From Candidatus Latescibacterota bacterium (lineage in GTDB: Bacteria > Latescibacterota > UBA2968 > SICM01), in the NCBI GenBank assembly GCA_965217865.1, contig CBDCJO010000002.1:5632001-5696000 (forward strand): a stretch of DNA of 64,000 nucleotides. The letters run 5' to 3'. The notes beneath the pieces were generated by a model, which saw only the letters and a program-made list of their open reading frames with translations, ran no database searches and was not told where the DNA came from. How positions within the stretch are numbered: position 1 is the first letter of the stretch; the number at the start of each line of letters is the position of its first letter. The translations under genes were made by a program, and so were the position numbers. Below, one piece after another: positions 22,101-31,987 of the stretch.

Positions 22101-22280
22101 AATCGATTTTTGTGGCAAAAGAGTTTGCATCGATGGTTCCCGATGTGCTCGTGTTGCGATATACAGACATGGTATTCGAGTTGTTATTGGCCAAGATCAA
22201 ATCGGATTTTCCATCGCCATCTATATCGCCTATTGCCGCGCTTCGTGGAGAAGTTCCAGTGGTGAAGTCTACTTTGGCAG
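19190..22280 (-). repeat. FG-GAP/VCBS-type repeats (about 17 copies) plus two IPT/TIG units
   Basis: Recurrent AIGDLDGDGKPD...NTSTSGTIDANSFATKVDFTTGT and GDVDGDGDLDIAVGN units. Confidence 0.9.
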
Positions 22281-23189
22281 ATAGGGTCAATGCGTCGATG
22301 CCTGAGACTGTGGCTGTGAAAGTGGGCAGGAAGAAAGCATCCGAGATAGCGGTACGATTGTTGACTTGAACAGTGATTGGGGCGAACGTCGCGCCTGTCG
22401 GAACGGTGACGGTGAGCTGCGTTGTTGTAGCCGCAGTGACGGTGGCTTTTGTTGCGCCGAAGAAGACGGTGTTGTTGGCCGGGGTGGTATCGAAGTTGGT
22501 TCCGGTGATGGTGACGGAGGAGCCGACGACCCCCGAGGTGGGGGTGAAAGAGGTAATGGTGGGTGGATTCATCGCTGCTTCGAGCCCCATCATTCCGGCG
22601 GAATAGCTCTTATAGAAAAACTCACTGGCGCTGATGGTTAGTCCGTTGTTTGTCGCGAAATCGCCGCTACTGGACGCAAAGGTGATCGCGTCGAACCGGT
22701 CACCGTCGGACGGCGTGAAGCTGTTGATCAGAGTGACATTAAGCGTGCCGTCGAGTGTGGCTGTTCCACTGACCGCAAGCTGGTCGTACTCGGTGCTCAC
22801 AGTCGTACCGCCGATCTCGGAGTTCAGCGTTCCCGCGGAGGTCTGCGTGTAGTTTGCCCCCCCCGCCGACCGTAAAGCCGCTTCCCGATCCCACGGTCAG
22901 TGTTCCGGCATTGCTGATCGCACCCGCGCTCGTGAAGTTCGCGCCGTTCTTGATCTCGAAGCTGCCCCCGGATGCGTTGGTGGCGAAGTTGGCCAGGCCG
23001 GTTCCGCTCTGGATCTGGGCGCTCGCACCGTCAAGGATGATGGTCGCGGCGTTTGTGACTATGTCGGCCCCAGTGAAATTGAAAGTGGACTGGATGTCGT
23101 AGGTGCCGCCTGTCAGGGTCTGGGCGGAGAAGTTGGAGAAGCTTCCCGTAATGTCGATCGTGCCGGTCTGTACGTCCACCGTACCTGTA

Positions 23190-26100
23190 TTGTTGAACGG
23201 ATTAGCGATGGTGGAAGTCCCCGTGCCCGCAGACTTGCGAAACGTGCCGCTGTTGTTGAAGGTCCCAGCTGTGCCGGCATTCCAGTTCAGGAGGTTATTG
23301 CTCGTGAGATTGAACAGCGCACCGCTCTGGTTGTTCAGAACGGATGAGTTGTTCATGTAGAAAGTCCCCGCGGTCCAGGTCATCGTGCCGTTGTTGTTCA
23401 GCGTGGCCGTGTCGAGGAAGTCGCTGCTCGTAGATAGGGTGAGGATCCCGTCGTTCGTGAAAGTCGTGCCGTTGAGGGTGTTACCCGACAAAGTAAGTCC
23501 GTTCCCGGTGAAGTTGAACGTCGCACCACCCCCGGTCGCCGTGAAGGTGCCTGTGTTTTCCAATGTCCCGCTGATCGTGCCGGAAAAAGATCCCGAGAAC
23601 GAGTGGACCCCACTGTGGGTGACTGTCGCGCCGGAGGAGACCGTATAGGTCCCCCCCCCGTGTGGGTCCCACCCCCCGTGAAAGAGAGCGTCCCGGACTG
23701 GCCTTCGATCGCTCCACCGGTGTTGTTGAATATATCAACGATAGTGGAAATGCCTGCGCCCGCAGACTTGCGGAAGGTTCCTGTGTTGTTGAAAGTCCCT
23801 GTTCCAGTGGCACTCCAGCTCATGGTGTTATCGCTTTGCATATCGAAAAGCGCCCCACTCAGGTTATTCAGAACCGCAGGGCTGTTGATATAGAAGGTAC
23901 CCCCCGTCCAGGTGATCGTCCCGCTGTTATCGAGCGTACGGGTGTCCAGGGTACTGGTGCCGGTGGGAACGGTGAGGGTCGCTCCGGATTGAATCGTGGT
24001 GACACCTGAGCCCGACATCGTGCCTGCAGACCAGTTCATACTCCCTGTCACCGTAATGGTGTCCCCCCCCGTGACCGTGCCCCCGGTGACCTCGAAGTTC
24101 GAGGTGGAAAGACCACTGTTTACCGTCAGGGTGGCCCCGCCCACACGAACCGGACCCGCCCCGGGAAGCGTGACTCCCGCATTGAAAGTATGAGAACCCG
24201 TACTGAAATTGAGAAGCGCCCCGGAGGACACGTCGAAGGCCCCGGTGCTGGTCCCTCCCGAACTCATCACCACGGTCCCCGTCTGGACTTCTACCGTACC
24301 TGTATTGTTGAACGGATCGTCGATGCTCGAAGTCCCCGTGCCCGCTGACTTGCGGAACGTGCCGCTGTTGTTGAAGGTCCCTGCTGTACCGGCACTGACC
24401 GACATGGTGTGGTTGCCCGTGAGGTCGAACAGCGCACCGCTCTGGTTATTCAGAACCGCGGAGTTATTCATGTAGAAAGTCGCGGCTATCCAGGTCATCG
24501 TCCCGTTGTTGTTCAACGTGGCCGTGTCGAGGATGTTGGTGCCCGCAGACAGGGTGATAATCCCATCGTTCGTGAAGGTCGTGCCGTTGAGGGTGTTACC
24601 GGGCAAGCTGAGTCCATTCCCAATGAAGTTGAACGTCGCACCTCCTCCGGTGGCCGTAAATGTGCCCGTGTTTTCCAATGTCCCGCTGATCGTGCCGGAA
24701 AATGATCCCGAGAACGAGTGGACCGCACTGTGGGTGACTGTCGCACCGGAGGAGACCGTATAGGTCCCCCCCGTGTGTGTCCCACCCCCCGTGAACGAGA
24801 GCGTCCCGGACTGGCCTTCGATCGTGCCACCCGTGTTGTTGAATATATCAACGATGGTGGAAGTGCCTGCGCCCGCAGACTTGCGGAAGGTTCCTGTGTT
24901 GTTGAAAGTCCCTGTTCCAGTGGCACTCCAGCTCATGGTGCTATTGCTTTGCATATCGAAAAGCGCACCGCTCAGGTTGTTCAGAACCGCAGGGCTGTTG
25001 ATATAGAAGGTGCCCCCAGTCCAGGTGATCGTCCCGCTGTTATCGAGCGTACGGGTGTCCAGGGTACTCGTGCCCGTGGGAACGGTGAGGGTCGCTCCGG
25101 ATTGGATCGTGGTGACACCCGACCCCGACATCGTGCCTGCAGACCAGTTCATACTCCCTGTCACCGTAATGGTGTCCCCCCCCGTGACCGTGCCCCCGGT
25201 GAGCTCGAAGTTCGAGGTGGAAAGCCCACTGTTTACCGTCAGGGTGGCCCCACCCACACGAACCGGACCCACCCCGGGAAGCGTGACGCCCGCGTTGAAA
25301 GTATGAGAACCCGCGCTGAAATTGAGAAGCGCCCCGGAGGACACGTCGAAGGAGCCTGTGCTGGTACCCGATGAGGTGAACAACATCGTACCGGATTGCA
25401 CCTGGACGCTGTCCGTGTTATTGAACGGGTTACTGATGGTGGAAGTCCCCGTGCCCGCAGACTTGCGGAACGTGCCGCTGTTGTTGAAGGTCCCTGCTGT
25501 ACCGGCACTGACCGACATGAGGTGGTCGCCCGTGAGGTCGAACAGCGCACCGCTCTGGTTGTTCAGAACTGATGAGTTGTTCATGTAGAAAGTCGCGGCT
25601 ATCCAGGTCATCGTGCCGTTGTTGTTCAGCGTGGCCGTGTCGAGGATGTTGGTACCCGCAGACAGGGTGATAATCCCATCGTTTGTGAAAGTCGTGCCGT
25701 TGAGGGTGTTACCGGGTAAGGTAAGTCCATTTCCAATGAAGTTGAACGTGGCACCCCCCCCCGGTCGCCGTGAATGTGCCCGTGTTTTCCAATGTCCCGC
25801 TGATCGTGCCGGAAAATGATCCCGAGAAGGAGTGGACCGCACTGTGGGTGACTGTCGCGCCGGAGGAGACCGTATAGGTGCCACCCGTGTGGGTCCCACC
25901 CCCCGTGAACGAGAGCGTCCCGGACTGGCCTTCGATCGTTCCACCGGTGTTGTTGAATATATCAACGATGGTGGAAGTGCCTGCGCCCGCAGACTTGCGG
26001 AAGGTTCCTGTGTTGTTGAAAGTCCCTGTTCCAGTGGCACTCCAGCTCATGGTGTTATTGCTTTGCATATCGAAAAGAGCACCACTCAGGTTGTTCAGAA

Positions 26101-27400
26101 CCGCAGGGCTGTTGATATAGAAGGTACCCCCGGTCCAGGTGATCGTCCCGTTGTTGTCGAGCGTACGGGTGTCCAGGGTACTGGTGCCGGTGGGCACGGT
26201 GAGGATCGCTCCGGATTGGATCGTGGTGACACCCGACCCCGACATCGTGCCTTGCAGACCAGTTCATACTCGAGGTGGAAAGCCCACTGTTTACCGTCAG
26301 AGTGGCCCCGCCCACACGAACCGGACCCGCCCCGGGAAGCGTGACTCCCGCGTTGAAAGTATGAGAACCCCCGGTATAGTTGAGAAGCGCCCCGGAGGAC
26401 ACGTCAAAGACGCCAGTGCTGGTCCCTCCCGAACTCATCACCACGGTCCCCGTCTGGACTTCTACCGTACCTGTATTGTTGAACGGATCGTCGATGCTGG
26501 AAGTCCCCGTACCCGCAGACTTGCGGAACGTGCCGCTGTTGTTGATGGTCCCTGCTGTACCGGCACTCCAGCTCAGGGTGTTGTCGCTCGTGAGATCGAA
26601 CAGCGAACCGCTCTGGTTGTTCAGAACTGCGGAGTTGTTCAGGTAGAAAGTCCCTGCTGTCCAGGTCATCGTGCCGTTGTTGTTCAGCGTGGCCGTGTCG
26701 AGGATGTGGGTGCCCGTAGACAGGGTGATGATCCCGTCGTTGGTGAAGGTCGTGCCGTTGAGGGTGCTACCGGGCAAAGTAAGTCCATTTCCAATGAAGT
26801 TGAACGTCGCACCACCCCCGGTGGCCGTGAAGGTCCCCGTGGTTTGCAAAGTGCCGCTGATCGTGCCGGAAAAAGATCCCGAGAACGAGTGAACCGCACT
26901 GTGGGTGACTGTCGCGCCGGAGGAGACCGTATAGGTACCCCCAGTGTGGGTCCCATCCCCCGTGAACGAGAGCGTCCCGGACTGACCTTCGATCGTTCCA
27001 CCGGTGTTGTTGAAGGTATCAGCGACGGTGGACGTGGTCCCCCCCGCGGACTTGCGGATCGTGCCCGTGTTGTTGAAGGTCCCTGCTAAACCGACACTCC
27101 AACTCAGGAGGTTATTGCTTTGCATATCGAACAGCGCACCGCTCAGGTTGTTCAGAACTGCAGAGTTGTTCAGGTAGAAGGTCCCACCGGTCCAGGTGAT
27201 CGTCCCGCTGTTATCGAGCGTACGGGTATCCAGGGTACTGGTGCCGGCGGACAGGGTAAGGGTAGCGCCGGACTGAATAATGGTGCTATCTGACCCCGAC
27301 ATCGTGCCGCTCGACCATACCATGATGCTTGTCACAGTCAGGGTCCCGGCTCCCGTCAGTGTACCACCCGAAACCGTAAAGGAGTCGTTGACCGTGGAAG
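23190..27400 (-). repeat. About four near-identical 1113-bp (371-aa) tandem units
   Basis: Anchor GACATCGTGCC at 24014, 25127, 26241 and 27298 (spacings 1113, 1114, 1057). Each unit has two GTFNNxGTFRKSAGxGTSxI sub-repeats. Confidence 0.9.
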
Positions 27401-27801
27401 CAGCCGCGATGGAGATGCTGCCGCCTGAAAGGACCAATTTTTCGTCGCTGGTCAGGCTGTTGATCGTGGTGGTGCCCGAGGCGTGAGTTATTGTGGGCGT
27501 CCCGCCAACGCTGATCGTGACATCGTCGGATACGCCCGGGAGGACATCCCCGCTCCAGTTGATCGCGTCGCTCCAGGAGACACCGTCGCCCCCGCCGTCC
27601 CAGGAGATGGCCGCTGCAGCGGCTAAGGTGGGGAGGAGGAGGGAGAAGCAGATTGAAGATTGAAGATTGAAGACCGGACAGACTTAGGCGAGATAAGAAT
27701 TGGTTTGGAAGGCGGTTTTTGTGGAGAAGGGTGTTCATGTGACCAACGTATTCATGAAATGAAGGCCTTAGGTAGTCAAATAACGCCTTCTCTTACATAA
27801 T

Positions 27802-27825
27802 ATTATGTGACGAATGTCACATAAT
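27802..27825. promoter_or_regulatory. Perfect CRP-family palindrome upstream of the giant gene
   Basis: ATTATGTGAC-GAAT-GTCACATAAT contains TGTGA-N6-TCACA, 64-87 bp upstream of ATG 27738. Confidence 0.7.
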
Positions 27826-28167
27826 GGAATACATAAAAGACATACCAATCCAATAAACAAAAAGACCCATCCCAACCGCCTGTGATCTTACCAGGGAGGC
27901 CTTTAGATGGGCAAAACAATCATTGAAAACATCCGGTCTGGTGAAATTCATCTCGGGTTCCGCCGAACTTTCCTAATGCTTGTACCTACAGGGCTTATCT
28001 ACAAAAGACAAGGTACCTTCACTTAGGAATCAGGTCAAGTATATTCTGTGGACATGGACAGGAATTGAAGATCGAGATTCGGCGGCAATGGCATACCTAT
28101 ATGCGCACCCTTCACCCCTGTTCGCCATCGGGTCTGAGAAAGATCCTCAGATAGACCTATTACCTTA

Positions 28168-28275
28168 GAGATTAGGTTGGAGAGGCTCGGTTTTCGGGTG
28201 CTGCGATTTACTGACGGTGATGTCAAGCAGATCTCGAAGGCGACCTGCATGGGGATAGATGAGAATGGGATATGA
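28168..28275 (+). pseudogene. C-terminal remnant of a DUF559/Vsr-like endonuclease
   Basis: Reads EIRLERLGFRVLRFTDGDVKQ, the family's C-terminal motif; the 5' part is absent. Confidence 0.6.
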
Positions 28276-28397
28276 CCCACCCCGCCCCGGCTTAAGTCAC
28301 GCCGGGGCACCCCTCCCAAGAGGGGATTTTGGTTGGCGTTTCTTGGAATACGCCATGAAAATGAAAATCCCCTCCTTGGAGGGGATTTAGGGGTGGG
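28275..28397. repeat. CCCCTCC-N-GAGGGG palindromic repeats in inverted pair
   Basis: CCCCTCCCAAGAGGGGATT and AATCCCCTCCTTGGAGGGGATTTAGGGGTGGG, of the kind that usually flanks DUF559 genes. Confidence 0.55.
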
Positions 28398-28536
28398 TCT
28401 GATGAGGATGGAGTCCGGAATTGGAAAGATGAGAATGGGATATTGGTTGCGGCTGAGTGAAACGAAGCCCGCGATAGGTCTGACCCTAAATCGAATTCTG
28501 GTTATTCGTCACGATCATACTGAAAAGGATGGCCTC

Positions 28537-28564
28537 GTAGGGGGACGGCATGCCGTGCCCCTAC
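28537..28564. repeat. GTAG-type REP palindrome
   Basis: GTAGGGGGACGGCATGCCGTGCCCCTAC. Confidence 0.7.
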
Positions 28565-28586
28565 CTAACAGAATTCAAAATTCTTC

Positions 28587-28632
28587 TTGACATTCATATC
28601 CTTCTATTTTTATATTTAGCCTCACCAAAACA
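28587..28632 (+). promoter_or_regulatory. Promoter of the metal locus with overlapping candidate DtxR/MntR-family operator
   Basis: TTGACA-18 nt-TATATT runs directly into TTTAGCCTCACCAAAA, an imperfect TTTAG-N6-CTAAA-type palindrome. Confidence 0.55.
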
Positions 28633-28719
28633 TTTAATGGGATATTTCTAACTCATTTTTATCAGAAAGAACTAATTCTGATTTCATTCCCTGAAATAAT
28701 CAAACTAGAAGGAAACCCA

Positions 28720-28948
28720 GTAAATCACCCCGCCCAAAGGGCGGGGCATTAACCACTCCCCTCCCCAAACAGATCCAACTGTAGGGGCCCTTTCTGCTCT
28801 TGAAGATGAAACCGAATATATCCTCTGATCACTTTAGAAGTTACCTTTTCGACTACGGTACGGACAAAACAGCCTTTTAGCTTACCCTCAGCAAGCTAAA
28901 CTTTTCCTCCCCTTCCAAAGGAAGGGGTATCCAAGTTCAAATACTTTC
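28720..28948 (+). mobile_element. Non-autonomous IS200/IS605-superfamily element (ISC/IscB-type ends, omega-RNA-like interior)
   Basis: Left end GTAAATCACCCCGCCCAAAGGGCGGGGC and right subterminal hairpin TTCCTCCCCTTCCAAAGGAAGGGGTATCC. No ORF and no TSD. The 3' flank is ATGA. Confidence 0.75.
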
Positions 28949-30169
28949 ATGAACAAATCCATGTTGCTCAAATATTTTAATCTGGGATGCCTCCTGTTAT
29001 TCATCTCTCTTTCAGGATGTGGCCTTCTTACCAAGGCCCCGCTGGACCCGGACACACTGGAGGCTCCCTTCGAGGGAATGACAAATACCCTTAACGCAGC
29101 ATTTGGCAGGGGAGACGAAAATTTCGATCACGTCTTCACGATTAATGAGGGCCTCGGCCCCATCTTCAACCAGGCGGCTTGTTCCTCCTGTCACCCCGGG
29201 GATGGGAGAGGAAACCCGGAAGTCGGGCTGCTGATTCGTTTCAGCCGGGGAAGTGACCTGATTCCGCTCCTGGGAGGCCAGCAGCTTCAGAACCGGGCAA
29301 TCCCGGGGGTTAGTCCCGAGACACTCCCTCCCGGCGTGGACACCTCCCCTCGACTGCCCCCACCGGTGTTCGGTGTGGGTTTGATCGAGACCATTCCTGA
29401 GCAGACTATCCTCCAATTGGCAGACCCGGACGACCTGGATGGAGACGGCATATCCGGCCGACCCAACATGGTCTTTTCCCCTGACTGGGTCCCTTCAACC
29501 GAAGTTGGTAGCGGCCCGGGTCCACAACTGGGCCGCTTTAGCAGAAAAGCCCAGGTGTCCTCGCTGCTCCAACAGATCGCGGAGGCGTATCACCAGGATA
29601 TGGGGATCACAAACGACTTTCTGCCGGTCGAGAACTACAACCCCCAGACCGCGGGTGCGGTCTCTTCCGGAGACAAGGTCCCGGACCCCGAGATACCAGC
29701 CAGCGTTGTGTTCGAAACCGTCACATACGTCAGACTCCTGGCCCCACCGCGTCGAGGTGAGATCACCGAAGAGGTCCGGAGGGGAGAGACACTGTTTACG
29801 AGCATGGCGTGTCACCTGTGCCACGTCCCAACGCTCCGCACCGGACCCAGCACCGTCCCGCAGCTCAACAATGTCGAAATCAATCCCTACTCGGACTTCC
29901 TGATTCACGATATGGGTCCGGAACTAGCCGACCACCGCCCCGATGGAGATGCCGACGGATTCGAATGGAGAACCGCCCCCCTATGGGGCACCAGGCTTGT
30001 CGCAGAAAATCTGGGTGGAAAGCCCTTTTACCTCCACGACGGCCGAACCTCCGACCTTTCAGAGGCCATAAGGCTCCACGGCGGGGAGGCGAAAAATGCC
30101 AGGAACGCATTTATAGCGCTTACTCAGGGTGACCAGCAGGCCGTTCTGGCCTTCCTCGGCTCCTTGTGA
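28949..30169 (+). CDS. Di-heme oxidoreductase (DHOR) family c-type cytochrome lipoprotein
   Basis: Lipobox LSGC, GLGPIFNQAACSSCH, DPDDLDGDGISGR, CHLCH, WRTAPLWG, YLHDGR. Confidence 0.92.
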   Translation: MNKSMLLKYFNLGCLLLFISLSGCGLLTKAPLDPDTLEAPFEGMTNTLNAAFGRGDENFDHVFTINEGLGPIFNQAACSSCHPGDGRGNPEVGLLIRFSRGSDLIPLLGGQQLQNRAIPGVSPETLPPGVDTSPRLPPPVFGVGLIETIPEQTILQLADPDDLDGDGISGRPNMVFSPDWVPSTEVGSGPGPQLGRFSRKAQVSSLLQQIAEAYHQDMGITNDFLPVENYNPQTAGAVSSGDKVPDPEIPASVVFETVTYVRLLAPPRRGEITEEVRRGETLFTSMACHLCHVPTLRTGPSTVPQLNNVEINPYSDFLIHDMGPELADHRPDGDADGFEWRTAPLWGTRLVAENLGGKPFYLHDGRTSDLSEAIRLHGGEAKNARNAFIALTQGDQQAVLAFLGSL

Positions 30170-30176
30170 GAGGCGA

Positions 30177-30599
30177 GTGAACCTTTCACGTCGATCATTC
30201 CTGATACAGGCCGGGGTTGCGGCCATCCCCCTGGTTCCCGGGTGCGCCACGATTGGACTCGCCACGCATAGGGTCCCCCTCGAGGAGGGCAAGGCCACGA
30301 TTCAGATCAAGGATTTCCCCGAGCTATCGGTGATGGGAGGTGGGATCAAGATTAGGGCAGGGGGATTGGCGGACCCGATCTTCCTGGTCCATCTTGATCA
30401 TGCTCGATATATCGCCCTCTCAGCAGTTTGCACCCACCTGGGGTGTCTTGTTCGAAAACAAAATACCTCCTTCCGTTGCCCGTGCCACGGTTCGACTTAT
30501 GACCTGGAGGGAAACGTCTTGCGGGGGCCGGCTCAAGAGCCTATGACGCCTTTGAGGACGGAGGTCGATGAAACTAAGGTGACCATATTTTTTGGTTGA
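30177..30599 (+). CDS. Tat-exported Rieske [2Fe-2S] lipoprotein
   Basis: SRRSFL twin-Arg motif, VPGC lipobox, CTHLGC and CPCHGS boxes; GTG 30177 follows GAGG. Confidence 0.9.
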   Translation: MNLSRRSFLIQAGVAAIPLVPGCATIGLATHRVPLEEGKATIQIKDFPELSVMGGGIKIRAGGLADPIFLVHLDHARYIALSAVCTHLGCLVRKQNTSFRCPCHGSTYDLEGNVLRGPAQEPMTPLRTEVDETKVTIFFG

Positions 30600-30644
30600 A
30601 TATCCTCAGGAAATCAGGAGGATTTAATAAAAAAAGGAATTCCC

Positions 30645-31901
30645 ATGATTTCAAGGAATCTAAAAACAGGCATACTCCTCTTTTATACGGCGGTTTTCGC
30701 AGGATGGGGAACCCCCGCTGAGAGTCAGGAAGTGAATACCGCGGACGATGCCCAGGCCGGAGCAACCCGATCGGTGGAAGGAATCTCGTCCGCCGACACT
30801 GTGTTTTCTTCCCGTCGCGGAAAGCCCGTCATTCGGGGCGGGTACGCGGACAAACCCTTCATCACCCGACTGGGCGGCCGAACGACGATCGGTGGCTATG
30901 CGGAAGCCGAATTTCGCTACGATCAGGTGGCAGGGATCACAGAGGAGGCGACCTTCGTGCCCCGTCGATTCAACCTCTTCACCTATTCCGCGGTATCCGA
31001 CAGGGTGAGCATTGGGTCGGAGCTTGAAATCGAGGAGATGGGGGAGGAGATCAAGCTGGAATATGCCACCATCGACTTCATCGTCCACGAAGCCGTGAGT
31101 TTCAGGGGCGGGGTGATCCTCTCCCCCCTCGGGAAATTTAACCTTGCCCACGACGCCCCATTTAACGATCTTGTCGATCGTCCTCTTGTCTCGACGGAGA
31201 TCATCCCGACGGCACTGTCCGAGCCCGGAATGGGACTGTTCGGGGCGCTCTATCCTTCCGAAGCGTCACGGATCACCTACGAAATCTATGGCGTAAACGG
31301 TTTCAATGAGGGACTTCTCGAAGACAGCGACAGGACCACGCTCCCAAACGGCAAGGGGACGGTCGAGGATAACAACAACCACCCTTCATTTGTGGGACGC
31401 GTCTCCATCAGTCCCAGAGAGGGGATCGAACTGGGGGGATCCTTCCACGCAGGACCCTATAACGTCTATGAAGTGGAGGGATTGAAAGTGGCAGAGCGCC
31501 AAAACCTCTCGATCTTCGCGATCGATTACGAACTCCGTCACGATCGCTGGGAGCTTCTCGGGGAATACGCACGGGCTCACGTGGATATTCCGAACGCCAT
31601 ATCCGACCTGTTCGCAAGGCGCCAGCAGGGCATCTATGCCCAGGTCAACAGTCACTTCGGGAGAGGGTTTTTTCCTGATCTGCCCCATTCCTTGTTTACG
31701 GGAACCTTCCGTTACGATTTTGTCGATTTCGATTCCGAGGCCACGGGTGATTCACAATGGAAACTCACCTTCGGCCTGAACTTCAGGCCCACCGAGGATA
31801 CCGTCTTCAAACTGAACTATATCCGGGGCCGGGAGACGGATGCGGTGCCGCTCTCCGTGGATAGTGCGGCCTTTCTATTCGGGGTCGCAACATATTTTTA
31901 A
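30645..31901 (+). CDS. Outer-membrane porin-like beta-barrel
   Basis: Signal peptide, IGGYAE, SELEIEE...LEYA, EIIPTALSEPG and a C-terminal GVATYF barrel signal. Confidence 0.8.
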   Translation: MISRNLKTGILLFYTAVFAGWGTPAESQEVNTADDAQAGATRSVEGISSADTVFSSRRGKPVIRGGYADKPFITRLGGRTTIGGYAEAEFRYDQVAGITEEATFVPRRFNLFTYSAVSDRVSIGSELEIEEMGEEIKLEYATIDFIVHEAVSFRGGVILSPLGKFNLAHDAPFNDLVDRPLVSTEIIPTALSEPGMGLFGALYPSEASRITYEIYGVNGFNEGLLEDSDRTTLPNGKGTVEDNNNHPSFVGRVSISPREGIELGGSFHAGPYNVYEVEGLKVAERQNLSIFAIDYELRHDRWELLGEYARAHVDIPNAISDLFARRQQGIYAQVNSHFGRGFFPDLPHSLFTGTFRYDFVDFDSEATGDSQWKLTFGLNFRPTEDTVFKLNYIRGRETDAVPLSVDSAAFLFGVATYF

Positions 31902-31987
31902 CCCCGTGAGGTCGGCAGTCGTGAAACCGAAAGGACGACGCTCCGTATCACGTTTTACTTTTCACGTTTGAAGTATGGAGTCCTTAG

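Larger units (their letters stand above)
16094..27738 (-). pseudogene. Giant secreted surface protein (about 3900 codons), fragmented by about 6 frameshifts. Domain order: signal peptide, G/T/N/S-rich beta-helix-like repeats, IPT/TIG, FG-GAP propellers, Ig-like, choice-of-anchor D (ASH) Ig repeats, FN3, partial PKD, truncated FlgD/T9SS-type tail
   Basis: Joins ORFs 27286-27738, 26055-27437, 25709-26245, 23398-26040, 22739-23563, 16657-22800 and 16094-17020. Motifs: WDGGGDGVSWSDAINW, PTITSFTPTS, GDLDGDGKPD, LSFGNV...ISNTG, HNYPNPFNPITTIRY...WDGRD. Confidence 0.85.

Noticed and set aside
19190-27400. Possible CRISPR array or DGR template/variable repeats
   Set aside because: The repeats are long, codon-phased and protein-coding, with no unique spacers, cas genes or reverse transcriptase in the window.
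30177-30599. Cytochrome bc complex subunit
   Set aside because: No cytochrome b gene follows; the protein is a small Tat lipoprotein.
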